Source of the DNA: Candidatus Omnitrophota bacterium | GTDB lineage: Bacteria; Omnitrophota; Omnitrophia; Omnitrophales; JACQLI01 | Direction of reading: 5' to 3' | NCBI GenBank assembly: GCA_016179745.1 | Contig: JACPCP010000019.1 | Location: 3,190-67,189, forward strand | DNA: 64,000 bases | Part shown: positions 24,308 to 32,181 of the stretch, piece by piece | Position numbering within the stretch: the first letter of the stretch is position 1 | How the letters are laid out: each line of letters starts with the position of its first letter | Translations under genes and position numbers: made by a program | Notes under the pieces: model-generated | What the model saw: the letters and a program-made list of their open reading frames with translations, nothing else | What the model was told of the DNA's origin: nothing | Database searches by the model: none

Positions 24308-24453
24308 TTTGGTTTTTGGAGGGAGAGGCGGGGTCTTCCGGCTTTTATGCACCCGGCACCGATGTGCCGAGTACCGTCACGCAAGGACCAAGGAAGTCCT
24401 TGCGTTCCGGCGGGACGAAGCGGTTTGGGAAGCCGCAACGCCCGCAACCCTAA
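24308..24453. repeat. structured intergenic repeat, copy B
   Basis: See copy A. The 77-bp identical core lies at 24335-24411. This copy carries extra insertions on both flanks relative to A. Confidence 0.8.
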
Positions 24454-24528
24454 AAAATTATGGTAACCCTTCGCCCTGACTCGTCAGGGCTCAGGGCGTT
24501 GCCTGCCATGAAAATCTTGCAGGCAACG

Positions 24529-24558
24529 AAAATTGCTTTGATTTTACCGCAGAATCAG
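24529..24558. repeat. 30-bp exact direct repeat, copy 2
   Basis: Identical to 21190-21219. Lies between the abiEii stop and repeat copy B, and is preceded by two stem-loops (GCCCTGAC-tc-GTCAGGGC and GTTGCCTGC-catgaaaatctt-GCAGGCAAC). Confidence 0.7.
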
Positions 24559-24641
24559 GCCTTTGACCAATCAGATCTCACCCGTAAATCCTCACGGCTT
24601 CTACCGCTTGGGGGCATCCTTTGGATGTCCCCTTGGCTTTC

Positions 24642-25505
24642 TCATTGAAACCTCTTGTCGGATAGAATCGTGTTAAACCGCTCAATGACCTTCTCCAGAT
24701 CAAATTTTTCTCCGGCGCGAATGACCGGCATGAGATGCAAATCAACCTGGTTTCGCAAAAGCGAAAGCTGATCCGCATTCAACCCGAAATCTTTCCGGTA
24801 ATCTCCGGAATAGCCATCGCCGGAGAGTTTGCTCTTGAAAAGCTTAATGAAGCTGCTTTGATAAAAATCAAACCCGGACTCTGCGATATACCAGAGATCG
24901 TAATAATCCCTGGCCGCCGCGTCCCTGCGCGTAATAGCGGCTTTGAGTTTTTCGGCAATCGCCTCGTTTAACGAAAGAGAAAGAACTTTTCCGGGCGGGA
25001 ACAAATCCTCCCCCGTGAAGGGGTCCTGATAGAAGTGTTTGATGACATGATGGACCGGTTTATCAAGCGGCGGCTGGCGAAGAGATATCTCGAGCTTGAC
25101 GCTTTCCTCTCTTCCCATAATGACGGAGAGGTATTTCACTTTAAAAAGATATTGCGTTGAATTATTGAATCCATCTCCGTGAGGTTTATCGCTCGCCACC
25201 CCAAGAGCTTGCAGGAATTCCGGCATTTTCTCCCGGATGGGCGTAATGGCTTTTGACCGCTCGGAACGTGTGGCCAACTCACCGTGAAAGGTAAAATCCA
25301 AATCCTCGCTCAACCGGTGATAGTTGAGGTGAATTTTATTGAGCAGGGTCCCGCCCTTAAAGACGATTCTTTCGCTGAGTCGTGTTTCGATTTGATTGAG
25401 GATCACGGTAAGGTAATAATCTTTTTCGACGATGGCGGGCCGGAATCTCAGTTTGCCGGCAATTGCGGGAATAATATCTTTGAGCTTTTCTCTATCGATT
25501 GACAA
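24642..25505 (-). CDS. abiEii: AbiEii/AbiGii-family nucleotidyltransferase toxin (DUF1814)
   Basis: 287-aa ORF; FKGGTLLNKIHLNYHRLSEDLDFT motif and later Lys/Asp-rich motifs typical of DUF1814 NTases; overlaps abiEi by 14 nt. Confidence 0.85.
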   Translation of the reverse strand: MSIDREKLKDIIPAIAGKLRFRPAIVEKDYYLTVILNQIETRLSERIVFKGGTLLNKIHLNYHRLSEDLDFTFHGELATRSERSKAITPIREKMPEFLQALGVASDKPHGDGFNNSTQYLFKVKYLSVIMGREESVKLEISLRQPPLDKPVHHVIKHFYQDPFTGEDLFPPGKVLSLSLNEAIAEKLKAAITRRDAAARDYYDLWYIAESGFDFYQSSFIKLFKSKLSGDGYSGDYRKDFGLNADQLSLLRNQVDLHLMPVIRAGEKFDLEKVIERFNTILSDKRFQ

Positions 25506-26274
25506 TGACTTGCCACTCCTTATTTGTCTTCCCCTGCCGTGATGGGTTAAAGGGATTGAGAAGTACGATGGTTTTTGCCGTTCCGATACTTTTTTTCAAA
25601 CCTTCAAGCGACTTATTCTTGCACCCGAGTTCATCGAGTAAAAAACCGGCTCTTTTACGAACTGAAACAACGGGAAACTGTTTGAGATAGCGGATAAATT
25701 TTTCGACATCAATTTCTTTAAGAGCCGTTTGCAAAGCGGATTCGAAGTTGCTGATCGATCCTAAAGGGTTATACGCAAAGTCCACCAAGGTCCGTTCTTT
25801 ATCGCTGATACAAACTTCCTGATCTTCAATCTTGATTTTTTGAACACCGTAATATTTGCTTTGATCAATCTTGACCGCTTCATAACGAATACCCTGGATC
25901 ACGGTTTTGCGGGACTTCGCGGTATTTAAAACGAAAATGGTTCGCGGAATTTGCTCGGTGAATCCCCAGTAGTTGTACATCGTGAAATAACCGATATAGT
26001 AAGGTGCCTCTCCCATCCAAAGACTGGCAAGTATGAACTCATTCGGCATCCACTGCTGATTCGGCGCCTTGATCGGAACAAGCACATACTTGCCCTTCTC
26101 GATTTTAAGAAGACGTCCTTTTTTCGTAAGGAAGAACAAAACCCTGGATGCCTTATTTTTGTCAGGAAAGAGTTTTTGAACAAATCGGGTGGTAATGAGT
26201 TTTTGCTTTTCAAACTCCGCGCGAGAAATTAAATAAAGCTCGTCTTTTGAGAGATTTTTATAGCTGTTTTTCAT
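25492..26274 (-). CDS. abiEi: AbiEi-like type IV TA antitoxin / wHTH regulator
   Basis: 260-aa ORF; N-terminal wHTH-like segment (..ASRVLFFLTKKGRLLKIEKGKYVLVP); sits directly upstream of and overlaps the AbiEii gene. Confidence 0.75.
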   Translation of the reverse strand: MKNSYKNLSKDELYLISRAEFEKQKLITTRFVQKLFPDKNKASRVLFFLTKKGRLLKIEKGKYVLVPIKAPNQQWMPNEFILASLWMGEAPYYIGYFTMYNYWGFTEQIPRTIFVLNTAKSRKTVIQGIRYEAVKIDQSKYYGVQKIKIEDQEVCISDKERTLVDFAYNPLGSISNFESALQTALKEIDVEKFIRYLKQFPVVSVRKRAGFLLDELGCKNKSLEGLKKSIGTAKTIVLLNPFNPSRQGKTNKEWQVIVNR

Positions 26275-26291
26275 AGTTTATCCTGTTTAAT

Positions 26292-26314
26292 GAAGTTGCG
26301 ATATTCGTAACTTC
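26292..26314. promoter_or_regulatory. 23-bp imperfect palindrome upstream of abiEi (candidate operator)
   Basis: GAAGTTGCGA-tat-TCGTAACTTC has 10-nt arms with one mismatch. It lies 18-40 nt upstream of the abiEi start. Confidence 0.4.
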
Positions 26315-26354
26315 GTTAAACGTGATGCAATTATCACCAAATCGCCCTGATTTG

Positions 26355-28178
26355 TCAAGATGCGGAGAGGCGGCCGGCCTGCTCATTCATTCGTTTCACC
26401 GATTCCGTGAAGGGCCATCGCTGGAGCGCTTCGAGAGAGAGCGGCAGGACGAGGCGCCAGTTCTTGTCATTGTCCACGCCGGGAAAATTGATGCGAAAAT
26501 TCCAGGGATCGGCCCCGATCGATTCCTCCAGCCAGAGCCAATCCTGTAAGAGTTGAATGCTAAAGATAGAGGCAGTTTCGCTGATCCGCTCAAGCGCCCT
26601 TTTGGCAATTCGATAGAAGTCCCGCTCCTTTGAATCCACCTGCAAAAATTTCAGAAATTTTTCCGTCTCGCCATAGGAACTCTGGTAAGCTGCCGTCAAA
26701 AGGCCCGCTTCTCCGGAAGACACCTCGAGAACCCGAAGGAAGGCCTGAACGGAATCGATTTCCTTTTTCCAGCGCAGGCGCCCGTAATGGGAATTTTTGG
26801 AGTCGAAGAGCCGGTCCCGCACTTTCTCGAATGAAACTCCCCGACGTTCGACCTCCCTTTGAAAAAGCCCCTCATCGATTGTCCCCATTTCATATTCCCA
26901 CCAGCCCCGGAGATTCGACATGTCATGCGTTGACAGGGTCGCAATGGAATTCGGCCGGTAATCCGAAGGCGGCCGGAAATCGTAGCTCCTCCCCCAGTCT
27001 CTGATCCACCGCTGGACCTCCATTCCCGGGAGCGCCCAATCCCTGAGCAGCCGGTAGGAACAATCGGGGACGATCCCCAAATCCTCGGCACAGGGAAGCA
27101 TCCCGGTTGATTCGAGAATCCTTAAAACCCGTTCCCTCCCCTGCCGCTCCCACACCGCTTCGTCGGGAGGATCAAAGGCGCCGTGAAGTCCAAAGTTCTC
27201 GAGGGGCTCTGAGAGCGGAACCGTCCAAATCCGAAACATTCCGACGAAATGGTCCATCCGAAACAGGTCATAAAAATTCTCCGCCGTCTTGAGTCTTTCA
27301 CGCCAATAGACGTAGTCCGAGGCTTGAATCTGGCTCCACTCATAGGGCGGCATGCCCCACCGCTGGCCTTTGGAAAAATAAGGGTCCGGCGGGGCGCCTG
27401 AGGCCCCATCCAATTTGAAGAGTTCAGGGTGCGCCCAGACATCAGCGCTGTCTCTTGAGACCAGAAAGGGAAGATCGCCCATCAGGAGAACGCCCTTCCG
27501 GGCCGCATATTTTTTGACGTCTTCAAACTGGCTAAAAAGCTGGTATTGAAGCCAGGTGTAAAAAAGGATCTTTTGTGAGTTTCTTTCTTTGACGGGTTCC
27601 AGGGCTTCTCTTCTTCGTCCCTTGAATTCCGCCGGCCAGTCAAACCAGCCCCGCTCCTGATGCTCCTCCTTCAGGACCCGAAACAGGGCGTAATCCTCCA
27701 GCCAATAGGCATTCGCCCTCACAAATGCGTCAAAGAGTGTGCCGGTTTTTCGTACGCCCTGGAAGATCTTACCAAGAAGCTCCAGTTTCACTTGCTTGAT
27801 GCCATAATCGACCCGGCTTCCCCCCGCCGGGAATTTCTTTTGGATCTCGTCCAACTCTTTCCGGTAGGGGCCTGGGTCAACGCCCGCCAGATTTTCAAGC
27901 GATAAATACACCGGCTCCAGGGCAAAACTGGACTGGGCATCGTAGGGGCGAAAATCAAAACCGGTGTCATTCATGGGGAGGAGCTGAAGGATCGTGAGGC
28001 CGGCCGCCTCACACCAATCGATGAGGAGTTTTAAGTCGGGCAGTTCGCCGATCCCTGCGCTTTGACGGGAATAGATTGAAAAAAGCGGCACGGCGGCCCC
28101 GGCCCGGCGGCGGAGGCCGATCTTCTCCCAGTATTTCCCGGAGGGACTCTTTAAAAAGTTTTCGTAGCTTGGTTTCAT
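26355..28178 (-). CDS. malQ: 4-alpha-glucanotransferase (amylomaltase, GH77) with C-terminal extension
   Basis: 607-aa ORF; GIGELPDL.., ..MGDLPFLV..DSADVW, DHF.G, CAEDLGIVP and STHDMSNLRGWW motifs of GH77. Confidence 0.9.
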   Translation of the reverse strand: MKPSYENFLKSPSGKYWEKIGLRRRAGAAVPLFSIYSRQSAGIGELPDLKLLIDWCEAAGLTILQLLPMNDTGFDFRPYDAQSSFALEPVYLSLENLAGVDPGPYRKELDEIQKKFPAGGSRVDYGIKQVKLELLGKIFQGVRKTGTLFDAFVRANAYWLEDYALFRVLKEEHQERGWFDWPAEFKGRRREALEPVKERNSQKILFYTWLQYQLFSQFEDVKKYAARKGVLLMGDLPFLVSRDSADVWAHPELFKLDGASGAPPDPYFSKGQRWGMPPYEWSQIQASDYVYWRERLKTAENFYDLFRMDHFVGMFRIWTVPLSEPLENFGLHGAFDPPDEAVWERQGRERVLRILESTGMLPCAEDLGIVPDCSYRLLRDWALPGMEVQRWIRDWGRSYDFRPPSDYRPNSIATLSTHDMSNLRGWWEYEMGTIDEGLFQREVERRGVSFEKVRDRLFDSKNSHYGRLRWKKEIDSVQAFLRVLEVSSGEAGLLTAAYQSSYGETEKFLKFLQVDSKERDFYRIAKRALERISETASIFSIQLLQDWLWLEESIGADPWNFRINFPGVDNDKNWRLVLPLSLEALQRWPFTESVKRMNEQAGRLSAS

Positions 28179-28205
28179 GGCGGGGTGTTGCGTCCTGAAA
28201 AAATC

Positions 28206-28279
28206 TGCGCCCGGCGCGAGTCGAACGCGCGACCTACAGCTTAGAAGGCTGTTGCTCTATCCATCTGAGCTACGGGCGC
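28206..28279 (-). tRNA. tRNA-Arg (TCT)
   Basis: Reverse complement GCGCCCGTAGCTCAGATGGATAGAGC..ACAGC-CTTCTAA-GCTGT..TTCGACT..CGGGCGCA folds as a cloverleaf. Confidence 0.9.
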
Positions 28280-28353
28280 AATAACCTCGATATTTCTAAC
28301 CTATCGCAATACAGTCACGGCCGATGATTTCGGCTGATCAACTTTACATCGCC

Positions 28354-28437
28354 GTCCCACCGAAGGTGGGGCGGGCGCAGAAACTCATCTCGGCACTCCC
28401 CTTTACCTAGCAGTCCCACCGAAGGTGGGGCGGGCGC
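28354..28437. repeat. two copies of a 25-bp GC-rich hairpin element (GTCCCACCGAAGGTGGGGCGGGCGC)
   Basis: Exact copies at 28354-28378 and 28413-28437. Each contains CCCACC-gaag-GGTGGG. They sit between tatA and tRNA-Arg. Confidence 0.7.
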
Positions 28438-28440
28438 GGT

Positions 28441-28596
28441 TTACTTCTTTTCGTCGTCTGAGCCCTTGATGCTTTTTTTGAATTCCCGAATCCCCTCTCC
28501 CAGGGCCCGGCCGATTTCGGGAAGGCGCTTTGCGCCGAAAAGGAGCAGAACGACAATCAAAATGACCAGGATTTCAAGCGGTCCCGGCATATTCAT
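28441..28596 (-). CDS. tatA: twin-arginine translocase subunit TatA/E
   Basis: 51-aa product MNMPGPLEILVILIVVLLLFGAKRLPEIGRALGEGIREFKKSIKG.. with a GGAGGG RBS upstream. The longer 115-aa ORF form runs through tRNA-Pro and is rejected. Confidence 0.85.
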   Translation of the reverse strand: MNMPGPLEILVILIVVLLLFGAKRLPEIGRALGEGIREFKKSIKGSDDEKK

Positions 28597-28708
28597 GTTT
28601 TGACCCTCCCTTCCTTTTTGGAACCTTCTGCACAGCGAAATTTTCGCTCCTCTTAAAGGGGCAGCCGCCCGAAGGGCGCAGTCCCGAAATTTGAGCACCG
28701 CGAAAATT

Positions 28709-28782
28709 TCGGGGCGGGAGGATTTGAACCTCCGATCCCCTGCTCCCAAAGCAGGTGCTCTACCGGGCTGAGCCACGCCCCG
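28709..28782 (-). tRNA. tRNA-Pro (TGG)
   Basis: Reverse complement CGGGGCGTGGCTCAGCCCGGTAGAGC-A-CCTGC-TTTGGGA-GCAGG..GGAGG-TTCAAAT-CCTCC-CGCCCCGA. Confidence 0.9.
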
Positions 28783-28868
28783 ATCCAATCGATCGGGGCG
28801 TGATGACCAAGCCGACTACCGCGGCCTGACCAACACGCCCCAGTGAAATCAATCTTAACCGCCTGGAT

Positions 28869-29951
28869 TCAAAAAATCGAGCGCTCTTTGTGGACGCTGA
28901 CCAAAAGACCGAGGGCGATCGAGGTGGCCACGAGGGAAGAGCCGCCGTAGCTCACGAGGGGCAGGGTGATTCCCGTGATCGGAAAGAGCCCGAAGCTCAT
29001 CCCGACATTGATCAAGGTTTGAAAGAAGACGAGGGCCAGGACGCCCGCCGCCAGGAGACGGCCCTTGATGTCGGTCGTCCGCTCAATCACCTGAAAGATC
29101 TGAAAAAAAAGCGTCCCATAAAGCACGATCAAAAAGAGGCTCCCCAAAAAGCCGAGCTCCTCGGCCACCACGGAGAAGATAAAATCCGTGTGGTGTTCGG
29201 GAATAAAATCAAGCTGGCTTTGCGTCCCGTGAAGCCATCCCTTCCCGAAAAGCCCGCCGGAGCCGACCGCAATTCGGGACTGAATGGCCGTGTAGCCGGC
29301 GCCCAGGGGGTCCAGATCGGGATTTAAAAAGACAAGGATCCGTTTCTTTTGATAGCCTTTCAGAAGACTCCAGATCAGGGGGGAAGAGACCAGTGCCGCC
29401 AGAAAGGTCCAGACGAGATAACGGTAACGGATTCCCCACAGAAAAAGGAGGACCCCCCCCATCGGAATCAGGAGAAGGGCGCTTCCCAGATCAGGCTGTT
29501 TTAAAATCAGGAACGTCGGAACCCCGATGAGAAGCGCCGTCATCCCCAACGCCTTTCCCTCCCCCTCCCAGGGATTCCGGGAGCCGAGAAAATTGGCGAG
29601 CGCCAGGAGGCTCGCCAGTTTGGCGAATTCCGACGGCTGAAAAGATACGGGGCCGAGCTGAATCCATCGCTGGGCCCCGAGCCGGATGACGCCGGCAAAA
29701 AAGACCCAGACCAGAAGCGCCATCGCCAGAACATAAAGGGCGTAGGAAATCCCGAGAAAAAACCGGTAACCCAGCCGAACGGTCAGAAAGAGCGCCAGAA
29801 ATCCGGCCCCGACCCAAAAAAGCTGTCTCGTGGCGAAATCGGGTGACATCCTGAAGGAGGCGCTGTAAATAAACATCGCCCCCACCATCATCAGGATCAG
29901 CATATTCCGAAGCAGGGGAAGGGGAAGCGACTTAAGCCACCGGTTGTCCAT
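28869..29951 (-). CDS. rodA: rod shape-determining protein RodA (SEDS family)
   Basis: 360-aa polytopic ORF of the FtsW/RodA/SpoVE family (..DLGSALLL.., ..LPEHHTDFIFSV..EE.G.., ..SYGGSS..); overlaps mrdA by 20 nt. Confidence 0.9.
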   Translation of the reverse strand: MDNRWLKSLPLPLLRNMLILMMVGAMFIYSASFRMSPDFATRQLFWVGAGFLALFLTVRLGYRFFLGISYALYVLAMALLVWVFFAGVIRLGAQRWIQLGPVSFQPSEFAKLASLLALANFLGSRNPWEGEGKALGMTALLIGVPTFLILKQPDLGSALLLIPMGGVLLFLWGIRYRYLVWTFLAALVSSPLIWSLLKGYQKKRILVFLNPDLDPLGAGYTAIQSRIAVGSGGLFGKGWLHGTQSQLDFIPEHHTDFIFSVVAEELGFLGSLFLIVLYGTLFFQIFQVIERTTDIKGRLLAAGVLALVFFQTLINVGMSFGLFPITGITLPLVSYGGSSLVATSIALGLLVSVHKERSIF

Positions 29952-31656
29952 AGGTTTCCTTCCAAATCTGGAGGGCCTGCTTCACAAGCCGGGCCGCCGT
30001 AATTCCGCCCGAGCCGCCGTGCTCCACAAAAAGCACAAAGGCAATCTGAGGATCGTTGTAAGGAAAAAATCCGGTCATCCAGGCGTGGGGCTCGTGGGGC
30101 GGCGCCTGCGCCGTGCCGGTTTTCCCCGCCATCATGTCGAAATCCACACGGGCCAATTGGCCGGTCCCGAACTCGGACTCGACGACCTTCAACATCCCCT
30201 GCCGGATCACCTTGAGATGTTCGGGGTGGATCGCAATCTTTTTCCGGGGAAACTCCGGGTCCGGTTCGACACCCCGGAGGAGTTTCGGCTCCACCCATTC
30301 CCCGTTTTTCGCAATCATGGCGCAAAGCCGCAGCACCTGAATCGGAGAGACCAAAAGGAACCCCTGGCCCACGGCAAAGTTCAGGGTCTCTCCTTCATAC
30401 CACGGCTGCTTGAAGCGGCCCTTCTTCCAGGCCGAATCCGGCACGAGGCCCGGCGCCATTCGGGTCAGGTCCAATTCCACACTTTGCCCGAATCCGAGCT
30501 CCCGGGAATAGCGGGCCAGGGTCTCCACCCCCACCAGCTTCCCGGCATTGTAAAAGTAAACATTGCAGCTTCGCTCCAGGGCGTGATAGAGGTCCAGCCT
30601 CCCGTGCCCCTTCTCATTCCAGCAGTGAAAAGCCCTCGATTTCCGGCTCAGTTTGAAATAGCCGGGGCAGTTGAAGGTCGTATGAGGAGTGATTTTGCCC
30701 GATTCGAGGGCGGCAAGCGCTGTCACCAATTTGAAAACCGAGCCCGGAGGATAAGCGGCGCCGATCCCCCGGTGAAGGAGCGGGGCATTTCGGCTGGTCA
30801 AATATTCCAGGCGGGTCGAGCTTCCCCGGGGTGAGACAAAGACATTGGGATCAAAACCGGGATTTGAAGCGAGGGCCAGGAGCTCGTCGGTCTTGATGTC
30901 CATAAAGGCCACGGTCGCCTTCTTCCCGGCGATCAACTCCGTGAGCCGTTTTTGAAACTCGAGATCGATGGTCAGGGTGACCTCTTCTCCGGGAACCGGC
31001 GGTTTCTCGGCCACGACTCGGATGCGTTCCCCCCGGGCGTTCACCTCCACTTGTTTTCCGCCCCGCCATCCCCGAAGTTTGAGGTCAAACACCTTTTCGA
31101 TCCCGGTCCGCCCGACGAGCGCCGTGAACCCGTAACGCTCCCGGTTTGACCGCTGATACTCCTCCGGGCTGATCTTGCCGAGGTAGCCGATCACATGGGA
31201 GGCGACAACGCCGTAAGGGTAAGAGCGGGTCCAATCCGTCTGGATGGAAACGCCCGGAAGCTCGGGACGCATTTCTTCGATCTCAAAAAGCTGACGCTTC
31301 GTGATGTCGGAGGAAAGGATCACGGGGGCAAAGGGATATTCCCGCTCCGCCGCCATCCGTTCCCGGATTTGACCCTCCGGAATTTTAAGAAGCCGGGCCA
31401 GTTCCGGAAAAACTTCCGGGGTCACGTCCTCGGGCGTGGCCGTCAAATTAAAAGAGGGACGGTTCGTGGCGAGGAGCCGCCCCGCCCGGTCAAACACCCG
31501 GCCTCTCGGCGCTTCAAGAGGGACCAGGCGGATCCGGTTTTGCTCGCTCAGGCCCCGGTAATAACGGGCATTCAGGACCTGCGTATTAAAAAGGCCGGCC
31601 GCCACCCAGACCAGGCCCGAAAGCACCACTCCCTTCAAGAGATTCAGCCGTATCAC
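29932..31656 (-). CDS. mrdA: penicillin-binding protein 2 (elongasome transpeptidase)
   Basis: 574-aa ORF; N-terminal TM helix, PBP dimerisation region, SxxK (PGSVFKLVT), and KTGTA near the C-terminus; located in the mre cluster. Confidence 0.9.
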   Translation of the reverse strand: MIRLNLLKGVVLSGLVWVAAGLFNTQVLNARYYRGLSEQNRIRLVPLEAPRGRVFDRAGRLLATNRPSFNLTATPEDVTPEVFPELARLLKIPEGQIRERMAAEREYPFAPVILSSDITKRQLFEIEEMRPELPGVSIQTDWTRSYPYGVVASHVIGYLGKISPEEYQRSNRERYGFTALVGRTGIEKVFDLKLRGWRGGKQVEVNARGERIRVVAEKPPVPGEEVTLTIDLEFQKRLTELIAGKKATVAFMDIKTDELLALASNPGFDPNVFVSPRGSSTRLEYLTSRNAPLLHRGIGAAYPPGSVFKLVTALAALESGKITPHTTFNCPGYFKLSRKSRAFHCWNEKGHGRLDLYHALERSCNVYFYNAGKLVGVETLARYSRELGFGQSVELDLTRMAPGLVPDSAWKKGRFKQPWYEGETLNFAVGQGFLLVSPIQVLRLCAMIAKNGEWVEPKLLRGVEPDPEFPRKKIAIHPEHLKVIRQGMLKVVESEFGTGQLARVDFDMMAGKTGTAQAPPHEPHAWMTGFFPYNDPQIAFVLFVEHGGSGGITAARLVKQALQIWKETYGQPVA

Positions 31657-31665
31657 GTTTTCGCC

Positions 31666-32181
31666 TTAGAAGAGTTCATATTGTTTCAAGACGGGAGTTC
31701 GTCGAAACCAGAGGTCCGTCAACCAGAAGAATCCGGGGGCGAGCGCCGTCGTATAAATTGTCGACAAAAAAACGTGGGCGATAAGGTCCCCCTGAAAACC
31801 TTTTCCGGTTTCGAGCCATACCCCCAGGGCCGCACTCAGGAACCCGGTCAGGATGACAAAGAGGAAGGAAATCCCGAGCCGGACGGAGGCGCTCTCCCGG
31901 TCCAGCTTCTGGATCCCGAGACTGAGAAGGGAACCCGTGAAAGCCAGGGTCAGGGTCTCAATCCCAAAAAGGTGCCCGCCGGCAAAATCCCGGAGAAGCC
32001 CGATCCCCAGCGCATACACGGGGACCCGCTGCCAGCTCCAGAAAAAGGCGTAATCGAGAATAGCGAGACTGAGAAGGTCCGGCCAGCCCTTGAGCGGCCA
32101 GAAAAGAAAGGCCAGGCCGTATTGGAGGGCAAGGAGAACCGCTACCAGCGTCAGGTGCCGGAGGGTGACAAGGCGATGCAC
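31666..32181 (-). CDS. mreD: rod shape-determining protein MreD
   Basis: 171-aa hydrophobic ORF between mreC and mrdA; call is by position and membrane character. Confidence 0.7.
   Translation of the reverse strand: MHRLVTLRHLTLVAVLLALQYGLAFLFWPLKGWPDLLSLAILDYAFFWSWQRVPVYALGIGLLRDFAGGHLFGIETLTLAFTGSLLSLGIQKLDRESASVRLGISFLFVILTGFLSAALGVWLETGKGFQGDLIAHVFLSTIYTTALAPGFFWLTDLWFRRTPVLKQYELF

Noticed and set aside
21190-24558. Calling the repeat-delimited TA cassettes an integron or CALIN
   Set aside because: There is no IntI integrase in the window. I could not identify convincing R''/R' core sites (RYYYAAC ... GTTRRRY) at the repeat ends. Only two full copies are present. The idea is kept as a hypothesis to test in the findings, not as a feature call.
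10373-26340. Prophage or ICE interpretation of the island
   Set aside because: There are no capsid, tail, terminase, portal, conjugation (T4SS/relaxase) or replication genes. The content is exclusively defence and TA genes.
28441-28788. 115-aa form of the tatA ORF
   Set aside because: The upstream 64 codons run straight through tRNA-Pro (28709-28782). The internal Met at 28596 has a GGAGGG RBS and gives a canonical 51-aa TatA.
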